DNA of 64,000 nt from Solirubrobacteraceae bacterium (GTDB lineage: Bacteria; Actinomycetota; Thermoleophilia; Solirubrobacterales; Solirubrobacteraceae), in assembly GCA_045805565.1 (NCBI GenBank), contig JBJMKZ010000050.1, positions 13,858 through 77,857 on the forward strand, written 5' to 3'. Within the stretch, counting starts at the first letter, position 1; the number at the start of each line of letters is the position of its first letter. Below the pieces are notes generated by a model, which worked only from the letters and a program-made list of their open reading frames with translations, did not search any database and was not told where the DNA came from. The position numbers were made by a program, and so were the translations under genes. Shown piece after piece: positions 23,846 to 31,824 of the stretch.

Positions 23846-25771
23846 CTAGTCGGAGTCGTCGTCCTCGTAGAGCGAGTCGAAGCGCTCCTTCTCGCGCTCA
23901 TAGACGACGTTGCGCTTGACCTTCATCGTCGGCGTCAGCTCGCCCTCGTCCTGCGAGAGCTCGCGGTCGAGGATCGTGAACTTCTTCACCTGCTCGATGC
24001 GCGAGAACTCCTGGTTGGCGTTCTCGATCGCCTTCTCGATCTCCGCCCGCACCTTGTCGTCCTCGGCCATCTCGCTCAGGTCCGCGTCCACGCCGGCCTG
24101 CTCGGCCAGGTCGTCGGCCTCGTCCTCGTCGAGCGTGATCAGCGCCACCAGGTAGGGGCGGTCGTCGCCGTAGACCACCGCCTCGGAGATCCAGCGGCTG
24201 TCCTTGATCGCGTTCTCGATGTTCGACGGGGTGATGTTCTTGCCGCTCGAAGTGACGATGATGTCCTTGGTGCGCCCGGTGATGCGCAGGAAGCCGTCCT
24301 CGTCGAGGCGGCCCAAGTCGCCGGTGTGGAACCAGCCCTCGTCGTCGAGCGCCTCGCGGGTCTCCTCCTCGCGGTGGTAGTAGCCCTTGAACACGTGGGG
24401 GCCGCGGATCAGGATCTCGCCGCCGGTGTCAGCGTCGTCACCCTCCTCCTCGCCCGACCCCTCGTCGTCGTCTCGGTCGTCGCCCGACTCCTCCTCGTCG
24501 CCGGGCGCGTCGCCGATCTCCACCTCGGTGTCCGGCAGCGCCTTGCCGACGGTGCCGAACCGGAACTCGTCGGGGGTGTTGGAGGTGGCCACCGCGGATG
24601 TCTCCGTCGCCCCGTAGCCCTCGAGCACCAGCACGCCGCAGGCGTCGAAGAACTCCAGCAGCTCCTGGGCCACGGGGGCGGCGCCGGTGAGCGCCAGCCG
24701 GACCTGGCCGCCGAACAGCTCACGGACGTTGGAGAGGACCTGGCGGTCGGCCAGCTCGTACTCGGCCTTGAGCACCGGCCCCGGTGACTCGCCGCTGCGC
24801 TCGAGCTCGCGCATCTGGCGGCCGGCCTCGATCGCCTTGTCGAAGAGCTTCTGCTTGACCCCGCCTTCGGCCCGGGCGCGCGCCTGGGAGTAGATCTTCT
24901 CGAAGATGCGGGGCACCGCGGGGAAGTGGGTCGGCTTGACGTCCCGCAGGTTGGAGACGAGGTTGTCCTTGTCGCCGTCCCAGTAGGCCAGCGTGGCGCC
25001 CACGTCGAGGGCCAGCATCTGAGTCATGCGGGTGAGCGTGTGGGCGAGCGGGAGGAAGACGAAGAACACGGGGTCCTCGCCGAGGTCACCGACCGCCTCC
25101 TCGAGCATCGAGCAGTTGGTCCGGTAGTTGCCGTGGGTGACCATGCAGCCCTTCGGCGCGCCCGTCGTGCCCGAGGTGTAGATCAGGGTCATCAGGTCGT
25201 CGGGCTCCACGCCGCGGGCGAGCTCCTCGAATCGCTCGTCGTCGATCTCCTCGCCGCGCGACGCCAGCTCGTTGAGCGACATCGCCTGCTCCGAGTCCCC
25301 GTCCGAGAAGACCACGAGATGCTCCACCGCGGGGACGTCGTCCATGACCTCCTCGATCTTTCCGAGTTGCTCGGCGTCCTCGCAGAACACCAGCTTCGCC
25401 TCGGAGTCCTCCAGGACGTGCCGACACTCGTCGGGAGAGTTGGTGTGGTAGATCGGCGCGACCACCGCGCCGATGCACAGCGCCGCCAGGTCGGCCAGCG
25501 TCCATTCGGCCGAGGTCTCGCCGAGGATCGCGACGCGGTCGCCGGGCTCGATGCCCAGCGCCAGCAGGCCCTTGGCGTTGGCCTTGACGTGCTCGCCGAG
25601 CTCCGCGTAGGAGATCTCCGTCCATTCCCCGTCGCGCTGGAACTTCAGCGCCGTGCCCTCGTGCTGCTCGCTGGCGCCCAACAGCATGTCCGCCATCGTG
25701 CGCGACTCGACGCTCAGTTCCGTGGCGGAAGTGGTGGTCGCCACAGGCTCTCCTTTCCTCTCGCTCGACAT
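23846..25771 (-). CDS. Long-chain acyl-CoA synthetase (AMP-forming, ACSL/FadD15-like) with acidic insertion
   Basis: AMP-binding motifs are LIYTSGTTGAPKG and GYGATET, and GEILIRGPHVFKGYY and TGDLG are also present. A roughly 30-aa D/E-rich insert (GDAPGDEEESGDDRDDDEGSGEEEGDDADTG) precedes GEILIRG. Confidence 0.85.
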   Translation of the reverse strand: MSSERKGEPVATTTSATELSVESRTMADMLLGASEQHEGTALKFQRDGEWTEISYAELGEHVKANAKGLLALGIEPGDRVAILGETSAEWTLADLAALCIGAVVAPIYHTNSPDECRHVLEDSEAKLVFCEDAEQLGKIEEVMDDVPAVEHLVVFSDGDSEQAMSLNELASRGEEIDDERFEELARGVEPDDLMTLIYTSGTTGAPKGCMVTHGNYRTNCSMLEEAVGDLGEDPVFFVFLPLAHTLTRMTQMLALDVGATLAYWDGDKDNLVSNLRDVKPTHFPAVPRIFEKIYSQARARAEGGVKQKLFDKAIEAGRQMRELERSGESPGPVLKAEYELADRQVLSNVRELFGGQVRLALTGAAPVAQELLEFFDACGVLVLEGYGATETSAVATSNTPDEFRFGTVGKALPDTEVEIGDAPGDEEESGDDRDDDEGSGEEEGDDADTGGEILIRGPHVFKGYYHREEETREALDDEGWFHTGDLGRLDEDGFLRITGRTKDIIVTSSGKNITPSNIENAIKDSRWISEAVVYGDDRPYLVALITLDEDEADDLAEQAGVDADLSEMAEDDKVRAEIEKAIENANQEFSRIEQVKKFTILDRELSQDEGELTPTMKVKRNVVYEREKERFDSLYEDDDSD

Positions 25772-25797
25772 CAGCCTTCCCGGAACCCATCCACGTC

Positions 25798-26139
25798 ATG
25801 CGCGGGTCCGGGCAACGGGCTAAGGTCCGCGCAGTGGGACGTCTGCTGCCCGCGCTCTACCTGATCGGCCGCCTGGTCGCGGTCGCCGCCGCGATCGTGG
25901 CGGCGCTCATCGCGCTGGCCATCGTCCTGCACGTGCTGGGAGCCAATCCCCGCAACGGAATCGCCGCCGTGATCCACGACGTCGCGCGAACCCTGGTCGG
26001 GCCGTTCGACGGCATGTTCACGGTGCGCGATCGCCGGGTCGAGCTGGCGGTCAACTGGGGGATCGCGATGGTCGTCTATCTGATCGTCGGCTGGCTGATC
26101 TCCAGGCTCTTCACCCGGGTAGGGCCCGTCGAGCCCTGA
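25798..26139 (+). CDS. Small membrane protein (2-3 TM), uncharacterized
   Basis: 113 aa. Two hydrophobic segments: LIGRLVAVAAAIVAALIALAIVLHVLG and WGIAMVVYLIVGWLISRLF. An alternative GTG start lies at 25834. Confidence 0.55.
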   Translation: MRGSGQRAKVRAVGRLLPALYLIGRLVAVAAAIVAALIALAIVLHVLGANPRNGIAAVIHDVARTLVGPFDGMFTVRDRRVELAVNWGIAMVVYLIVGWLISRLFTRVGPVEP

Positions 26140-26200
26140 TCGCTGCCGCCGGCCCCGTCCGGCGACCGCCGCGAGCCGCCCGCTCGCCTATCCTCGCGAC

Positions 26201-27337
26201 GTGTCGGCGAACGGCTCTCCCTCGATCCTCATCTTCTCGGCCGCCATCGGCGAGGGCCACGACCTTCCGGCGCGAGCGCTGGCGCAGGGGTTGGCCGACG
26301 CCGCCCCGGGGGCGACCGTGCGCATCGAGGACGGGCTTGACGCCATGGGACCGCTCGTGCGCAAGGTGCTGATCGGAGGCTCGGCCTTCGACACCCGGCT
26401 GGGCCTGCGCATGTTCGAGCTCGAGCACCGGCTGATCACCGACCTGCGGCCGACCCGCTGGCTCGCCGGCGCGCTGCTGTATGCATTCGGGGGGCGCGGG
26501 CTGAGCAGGCGCGTCGCCGCCCAGGCCGCGGACGTGGTGGTGTCGACCTATCCCGGCGTCACCGAGGTCCTCGCCAGGCTGCGGCGTCACGGCCGGCTCG
26601 CCGCCCCCGTCGTGTCGGCGATCACCGACCTGGCGTCGCTGCGCTACTGGGCAAGCCCCGGCGTCGACCTCCACCTCGTCACCCATCCCGAGTCGATCGA
26701 CGAGGTCCGGACCATCGCTCCCGCCAGCCGAGTCGAGTGCGTCCAGGGGCTGACCTCGCCCGATTTCCTGGTGCCCTGCGACCGCCGGGAGGCGCGCCGG
26801 CGCCTGGCCATTCCGGACGGCACCCGGCTGGTCGTCGTCTCCGGCGGCGGTTGGGCGGTGGGAGACCTCCAAGGCGCCGCGGAGGTCGCGCTGGGGTTCC
26901 CGGATACCGTCGTCATCTGCCTGTGCGGCCGCAGCGAAGCGGTCCGAGAGCAGCTCCAGCGCAGGTTCGCCCGAGAGCCGCGGGTCCGGGTCGTGGGCTT
27001 CACCGACCAGATGAGCGAGCTGCTGTCGGCGGCGGACGCGCTGATCCACTCGACCGCCGGCCTGACCGTGCTCGAGGCGCACATGCGCGGCTGTCCGGTG
27101 ATCTCCTACGGCTGGGGTCGTGGCCACGTGAGGACCAACAACGAGGCGTTCCGCCGCTTCCGGCTGGCCGAGGTCGCGGCCACCCGCGACGACCTCGCCG
27201 CCGCGCTGCGGGCGGCGCTGGACGGGCCGCGGCCGTCCGCCAACGGGTCGTTCGCCGACCTGCGCTCGGCCGCCTCGCTGGTGCTCTCGCTGGCCGGTCC
27301 CCAGCCCGCCGGCGCCGCGATCGCCAGTGCCGCATGA
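26201..27337 (+). CDS. GT28 / MGDG-synthase-family glycosyltransferase (diacylglycerol glycosyltransferase-like)
   Basis: N-terminus ILIFSAAIGEGHDLPARAL is typical of MGDG_synth/UgtP-like enzymes. The C-terminal Glyco_tran_28_C-like block reads ADALIHSTAGLTVLEA..GCPVI. Confidence 0.8.
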   Translation: MSANGSPSILIFSAAIGEGHDLPARALAQGLADAAPGATVRIEDGLDAMGPLVRKVLIGGSAFDTRLGLRMFELEHRLITDLRPTRWLAGALLYAFGGRGLSRRVAAQAADVVVSTYPGVTEVLARLRRHGRLAAPVVSAITDLASLRYWASPGVDLHLVTHPESIDEVRTIAPASRVECVQGLTSPDFLVPCDRREARRRLAIPDGTRLVVVSGGGWAVGDLQGAAEVALGFPDTVVICLCGRSEAVREQLQRRFAREPRVRVVGFTDQMSELLSAADALIHSTAGLTVLEAHMRGCPVISYGWGRGHVRTNNEAFRRFRLAEVAATRDDLAAALRAALDGPRPSANGSFADLRSAASLVLSLAGPQPAGAAIASAA

Positions 27338-28029
27338 GGCGCGCCCCGCTGGTGGCGGGCGCCGGCGCGGCCGCCGCCTGGTCGGCGCCGGCGCTGGCCG
27401 CGGTATGGCCGCCCGTCGCGCACGCGCTGCGCATCGAGCGTCGGCTTCCCGGTCGACCGCAGGCCGTCGGGCTGACCTTCGATGACGGGCCCCATCGCGA
27501 GGGCACGCCGGCCATCCTCGAGTGCCTGGCCCGCGCCGGCGCCAGCGCGACGTTCTTCCTGGTGGGCGAGCAGGTGGAGCGGGACGCCTCCCTTGCCGCC
27601 GAGATCGCCTCCGCCGGACACTCGATCGGCGTGCACGCCTACCGGCACCGCAACCTCCTGCGCCTCACTCGACGACAGCTCGCCGCCGACCTGGATCGCG
27701 CCGCCGAGGTGATCGGGAGCGCCACCGGCTCGCCGCCGCGTCTGCATCGGCCCCCCTACGGGATCTTCAGCCCCCTCGGCCTGCGCATGGTGCGACGCCG
27801 CGGGTGGCGCCCGCTGCTGTGGTCGCGCTGGGGCCGCGACTGGTCGGCGGGAGCCACCGCGACGTCGATCGCCGACCTCCTGACCCGGCGGCTGGCCGCC
27901 GGCGACGTCCTCCTGCTGCACGACGCCGACCACTACAGCGCGCCGGGGTCGTGGCGACGCACCGCTTCCGCCCTGCCGCGCGTGCTCGAGGCGATCGAGA
28001 GCCGTGGGCTGCGCCCGATCGTGCCCTGA
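27334..28029 (+). CDS. Polysaccharide deacetylase (NodB homology, CE4)
   Basis: ATGA overlap with the GT gene. It has an N-terminal hydrophobic segment. NodB motifs: LTFDDGP, HSIGVHAYRH, RPPYG, LLHD. Confidence 0.8.
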   Translation: MRRAPLVAGAGAAAAWSAPALAAVWPPVAHALRIERRLPGRPQAVGLTFDDGPHREGTPAILECLARAGASATFFLVGEQVERDASLAAEIASAGHSIGVHAYRHRNLLRLTRRQLAADLDRAAEVIGSATGSPPRLHRPPYGIFSPLGLRMVRRRGWRPLLWSRWGRDWSAGATATSIADLLTRRLAAGDVLLLHDADHYSAPGSWRRTASALPRVLEAIESRGLRPIVP

Positions 28030-28041
28030 CGGGCGCCGGGG

Positions 28042-29331
28042 CTATCGGTCCGAGGACCTGCTGGGAGCCCCGTCGGGGGCGTCGACCGACGCGTCCTGGC
28101 GGCGCAGGGCGCCCGCCACAACGGCCACCCCGATCAGGGTGAAGAATGCGCTGAAGCCGAACACGCGGGTGTGGTCGGCGACCATGCCCATTACCGACTT
28201 CACCGGGGACACGAGCAGCGTGCCCGCATGCAGCTTGACCAGCACCGCCACGGCGACGGCGGTCAGCAGCGTCGCCATCGCGACCCGGTAGGCACGCGCG
28301 GCCGGGAGAAGCGCTCGGGCCGCCAGCGCCGGAACTCGGTGGACGGGCGAGCGCTCGGGCGCCGGATCGGCACGCGGCTCCTCGACGATCGCCACACGCC
28401 GCTCCTCTGGCTGCGCCACAGGTTCGTCGTCGGCCTGCGCAAGATGCCATTCCAGGTAGCGGCGGACGCCCGTCCGGAACGACGTGGCGGGGGACCAGCC
28501 GAGCTCGGCGGCGGCGCGTACCCCGGATACGTCGGTTCCGCCGAAGTCCGCCGCCCGTGAGGGCCCGTGGACGACCTCGACCTCGCCCACCAGGTCGCGC
28601 ACGGTGTGGGCGATCTCGAGGATGGTGACCGTCTCGTCGGTGACGAGGTTGAACGTTCGGTTCGCGCCGCTGGGCTCGAGCGCGCGCACCACACCCTCCG
28701 CCAGGTCCTCGACGTAGATGAGCCGGCGCGTCTGGCGCCCGTCGCCGGCCACCGTCAACGCCTCGCCGGCCAGCGCCTTACCGATGAAGGTGGGGATGAC
28801 CGCCGCGGGCCGGGCGCGAGGGCCGTACGGGATCCCGAAGCGCAGGATCGTGTACTCGAGGCCGTAGAGCTCGCGGTAGCTGCGGCAGTACATTTCGCCG
28901 GCCAGCTTCGTCGCCGTGTAGAGGTGGTCGGGCAGCCCCAGGGCGGTGTCCTCGTCGACCAGGCCGTTGGGCACGCTCCCGTACACCCAGATCGTGCTGC
29001 CGTAGACCACTCGACGCACTCCCGCCGCCCGCGCCGCCTCGAGCACGTTGAGGGTGCCGCGCGCATTGACCTCCTCGGCCGAGCGTGGCTCGCGCGCCAC
29101 GATGCCCACGTCGGCGGCGGCGGCCAGGTGGACGACGAAGTCGCAGCCCTCCATGGCGCGGGTCAGGGCCGCCGGATCCAGGAGGTCGCCGATCACCGTC
29201 TCGATCTGGTCCGGGTGATGATGGGGCGAGGGGCGCAGGTCGAAGTTGCGCGGACGCCAGCCCGCCTCGACCAGGCGGTCGAGGACGTGGGAGCCGATGA
29301 ACCCGGAACCGCCGGTGACCAGGACCCTCAT
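28042..29331 (-). CDS. NAD-dependent NDP-sugar epimerase/dehydratase fused to a C-terminal two-helix membrane anchor
   Basis: ATG 29329-29331. Motifs: VLVTGGSGFIGSH, YTATK (YxxxK). The last roughly 85 aa contain two TM helices (MATLLTAVAVAVLVKL; VFGFSAFFTLIGVAVVAGAL). Confidence 0.8.
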   Translation of the reverse strand: MRVLVTGGSGFIGSHVLDRLVEAGWRPRNFDLRPSPHHHPDQIETVIGDLLDPAALTRAMEGCDFVVHLAAAADVGIVAREPRSAEEVNARGTLNVLEAARAAGVRRVVYGSTIWVYGSVPNGLVDEDTALGLPDHLYTATKLAGEMYCRSYRELYGLEYTILRFGIPYGPRARPAAVIPTFIGKALAGEALTVAGDGRQTRRLIYVEDLAEGVVRALEPSGANRTFNLVTDETVTILEIAHTVRDLVGEVEVVHGPSRAADFGGTDVSGVRAAAELGWSPATSFRTGVRRYLEWHLAQADDEPVAQPEERRVAIVEEPRADPAPERSPVHRVPALAARALLPAARAYRVAMATLLTAVAVAVLVKLHAGTLLVSPVKSVMGMVADHTRVFGFSAFFTLIGVAVVAGALRRQDASVDAPDGAPSRSSDR

Positions 29332-30374
29332 CGCAGCGCCAACTCCGGCCGTGGGGACGTGTCGTGCGCCTCCGGTCGGTAGTAGAGCGGCACGCACCAG
29401 TGGTTGGCCGCCACCCAATCGGTGTTGGGCAGGCGGTCGCCGGTGCCCATGATGCGGTGGCAGGGCTGGTCGTAGACCTTGCCGGTCGAGCGCTCGATGG
29501 GATCGAAGACTATGTATTTGTAGAGGCCGGAGACCATTCCCTCGGGCAGGCGGAGACGATGGGGATGCATCGGATCGAGGCGCTCGCGGGCCGTGGCGTT
29601 CTTCCAGCCCACGATCGCCTCCAGTCGCTCGGTCTGCACGACGCCGATGGCCGCCGTGAACTCGCTCATCCTAAAGCCCAGCCCGGCGACGTGGTGGTCC
29701 GGCTTGCCGTAGTTGCGATAGGCCCGGGCGAACTCGACCAGATCGTGGTGGCGGGTCACGAGCATCCCGCCCTCGCCGGTCGAGATCGTCTTGGTGGCGT
29801 AGAACGAGTACACGCCGGCGTCGCCCCAGCTCCCCGGTCGCCGTCCGTTCCACTGCGCCCCGTGGGCGTGGGCGCAGTCCTCGATCAGGAAGATGTCGTT
29901 GGCCGCGCAGTAGGCCGCGATCTGCTCCACCTCGAAGGCGATGTGCCCGCCGATGTGCACCAGCCAGGCCGCACGCGGCCGGTGCCGTTCGGCCTGGCGC
30001 TGGAAGTGCTCGAACGACATGCACAGGTCCTCGCGATTGCAGTCGACGAACTCGACCCGCCCGCCAGCCTGGCCGACGGTGAGCGGGGTGGCCATGAACG
30101 TGTTCGACGGGCACAGGACCGTCTCCCCCCGCACCCCGGCGTATTCGAGCGCGGCGAGGGCGGCCCCGGTCCAACCCGAGGTGGCGACGCTCGGCAGCCC
30201 GTTCCAGGCCTCCCAGGTCTCCTCGAAGCGGGCCACCATCTCGCCCTCGGTCCAGCGCTGCGAGTCGAGGATCCCCGCCCACAGCTCGTGAAGGCGCGCA
30301 CTGTCGCGGCGATCGAAGCCGATCGCGAAGGCGACCGGATCGGTCGCGGATGGGTGGAAGGCCGGATCGGTCAC
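29328..30374 (-). CDS. DegT/DnrJ/EryC1/StrS-family PLP-dependent sugar aminotransferase
   Basis: GTG 30372-30374 is the first start after the upstream gene stop. The block DCAHAHG..YSFYATKTISTGEGGMLVT carries the PLP lysine. The stop overlaps the epimerase ATG. Confidence 0.8.
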   Translation of the reverse strand: MTDPAFHPSATDPVAFAIGFDRRDSARLHELWAGILDSQRWTEGEMVARFEETWEAWNGLPSVATSGWTGAALAALEYAGVRGETVLCPSNTFMATPLTVGQAGGRVEFVDCNREDLCMSFEHFQRQAERHRPRAAWLVHIGGHIAFEVEQIAAYCAANDIFLIEDCAHAHGAQWNGRRPGSWGDAGVYSFYATKTISTGEGGMLVTRHHDLVEFARAYRNYGKPDHHVAGLGFRMSEFTAAIGVVQTERLEAIVGWKNATARERLDPMHPHRLRLPEGMVSGLYKYIVFDPIERSTGKVYDQPCHRIMGTGDRLPNTDWVAANHWCVPLYYRPEAHDTSPRPELALR

Positions 30375-30441
30375 GGGAGTCGGATCCGCGGCGGCGCGAG
30401 CATATCCGCTGCCGGGGCGTGACCGCTGCGCGATAAGCCCC

Positions 30442-31146
30442 TTATTCGACGGATGTACCCTCGGGGCGCCGGCGGGCGGCGAGCACCAGCAGGAAGCCAC
30501 GGCGGCTGAACCCGGCGCTGGACAGGTGCACCGCCCGCAGGCCGGCCCCCCGCGCAGCCGACCGCACCGCGCCCTCGGAGCGCAGGGCGACCCGCCGGCG
30601 GGTCAGCGCCTCGCCGACCCGGTACAGCCAGCCGCCGGGGCTGCGCAGCGGGGCCGTCACCACCGCCCACCCGCCGGGGCGAAGCGCGCCCGCCAGGGCG
30701 CGCAGGGCGGCGTCGAGATCGGGGAGGTAGTTGAGCACGCCCACGGCCAGGACACCGTCGTAGCCGCCGTCCACCGGCAACCGGCCGGGCAGCGTCCCGA
30801 TCCGCGTCTCCACGTTGGAGACCCCCTCGCGACGCAGACGACGATCCAGGTAGTCGAGCATGTCGGACGAGGCGTCAACCGCCACCACCCGGCGACAGCG
30901 GCGGGCCAGCGCCAGCGTGTACGCCCCGGTGCCGCAGCCGACCTCCAGGACCCGGTCGGAGCCCTGCGCCAGCCCCTCGAGCGCGCCGAGGACCGCCCCC
31001 TGCTCGCGCCGGCGCAGTGCCGCTTGCATCGGGTTCCAGGTGAACCACCGCTCGTAGAGCTCGGGGTGCCACCCGGCGGTGTCCGCCATGAACCACGAGC
31101 GCCGGCCACCGCCCCGCCGCTCTAACTCGACCGGGGTGGGCGACAC
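30442..31146 (-). CDS. Class I SAM-dependent methyltransferase
   Basis: Motif I is VLEVGCGTGAY, with post-I VVAVDAS. An alternative start lies at ATG 31089. Confidence 0.75.
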   Translation of the reverse strand: MSPTPVELERRGGGRRSWFMADTAGWHPELYERWFTWNPMQAALRRREQGAVLGALEGLAQGSDRVLEVGCGTGAYTLALARRCRRVVAVDASSDMLDYLDRRLRREGVSNVETRIGTLPGRLPVDGGYDGVLAVGVLNYLPDLDAALRALAGALRPGGWAVVTAPLRSPGGWLYRVGEALTRRRVALRSEGAVRSAARGAGLRAVHLSSAGFSRRGFLLVLAARRRPEGTSVE

Positions 31147-31156
31147 GCGCGGCAGG

Positions 31157-31753
31157 CTACTCGGCGAAAGCCTCGAGAGGCCGCCGGCTGGCCAGGAACA
31201 GCTCCACGACGCGGCGCCCGAACTCAGGATCGATCGGCTCGCCGCTGATCAGCTGGCGGAATACGATCGGGCCCGCGAGCTGGGACACCGCCTCGTCGAT
31301 GTCGGTGTCCGCGGGCAGCTCGCCGCGCTCGATCGCCCCTTCCAGCGTACGCCGCACCGGGCCGCGGTGCTGCTCGCGCAGGCGCTCGCGAACGCCGGCA
31401 AGCTCGGGATCCCGCGAGGTGGCGTCCAGCAGCGTGGGGATCGCCGCCGCCCAGGTGGCCTTGCGCAGGTTGCTCACCTGGGCCTCCAGCAGCGTCTGCA
31501 GCCGCTCGCGCAGCGGCCCCTCGACGTCGGGCTCGGCGACCACCGGCATGAGGCGGTGGAAGGCGGCGACCAGCAGGTCGCGGCGCGTGGCCCAGTGGCG
31601 GTAGATGGTCGAGCGCGCCACCCCGGAGCGCTCCACCACCGCCTCGACGGTGAGCGCGGGGACGCCGCCCTCCAGGAGCAGCCCGGTCGCCGCGTCCAGC
31701 ACGGCGGCCCGGGAGCGCTCGACGCGCGGATCGGTGACTGCCTCGGTAGCCAT
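31157..31753 (-). CDS. TetR/AcrR-family transcriptional regulator
   Basis: The N-terminal HTH reads LTVEAVVERSGVARSTIYRHWATRRDL. It is divergent from the efflux operon. Confidence 0.85.
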   Translation of the reverse strand: MATEAVTDPRVERSRAAVLDAATGLLLEGGVPALTVEAVVERSGVARSTIYRHWATRRDLLVAAFHRLMPVVAEPDVEGPLRERLQTLLEAQVSNLRKATWAAAIPTLLDATSRDPELAGVRERLREQHRGPVRRTLEGAIERGELPADTDIDEAVSQLAGPIVFRQLISGEPIDPEFGRRVVELFLASRRPLEAFAE

Positions 31754-31776
31754 GGGCGTTCCAGTACGGTACTGTC

Positions 31777-31801
31777 TCGATACGAAACTGTTTCGTTTCG
31801 A
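31777..31801. promoter_or_regulatory. Near-perfect 25-bp palindrome, candidate TetR operator
   Basis: Sequence: TCGATACGAAACtGTTTCGTTTCGA, with perfect core ACGAAAC-n-GTTTCGT at 31782-31796. It lies in the 71-bp divergent intergenic region and is AT-rich relative to its surroundings. A second small palindrome, AGTACGGTACT, lies at 31763-31773. Confidence 0.55.
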
Positions 31802-31824
31802 ACTCTAGCCCACCAGCCAGCCCG

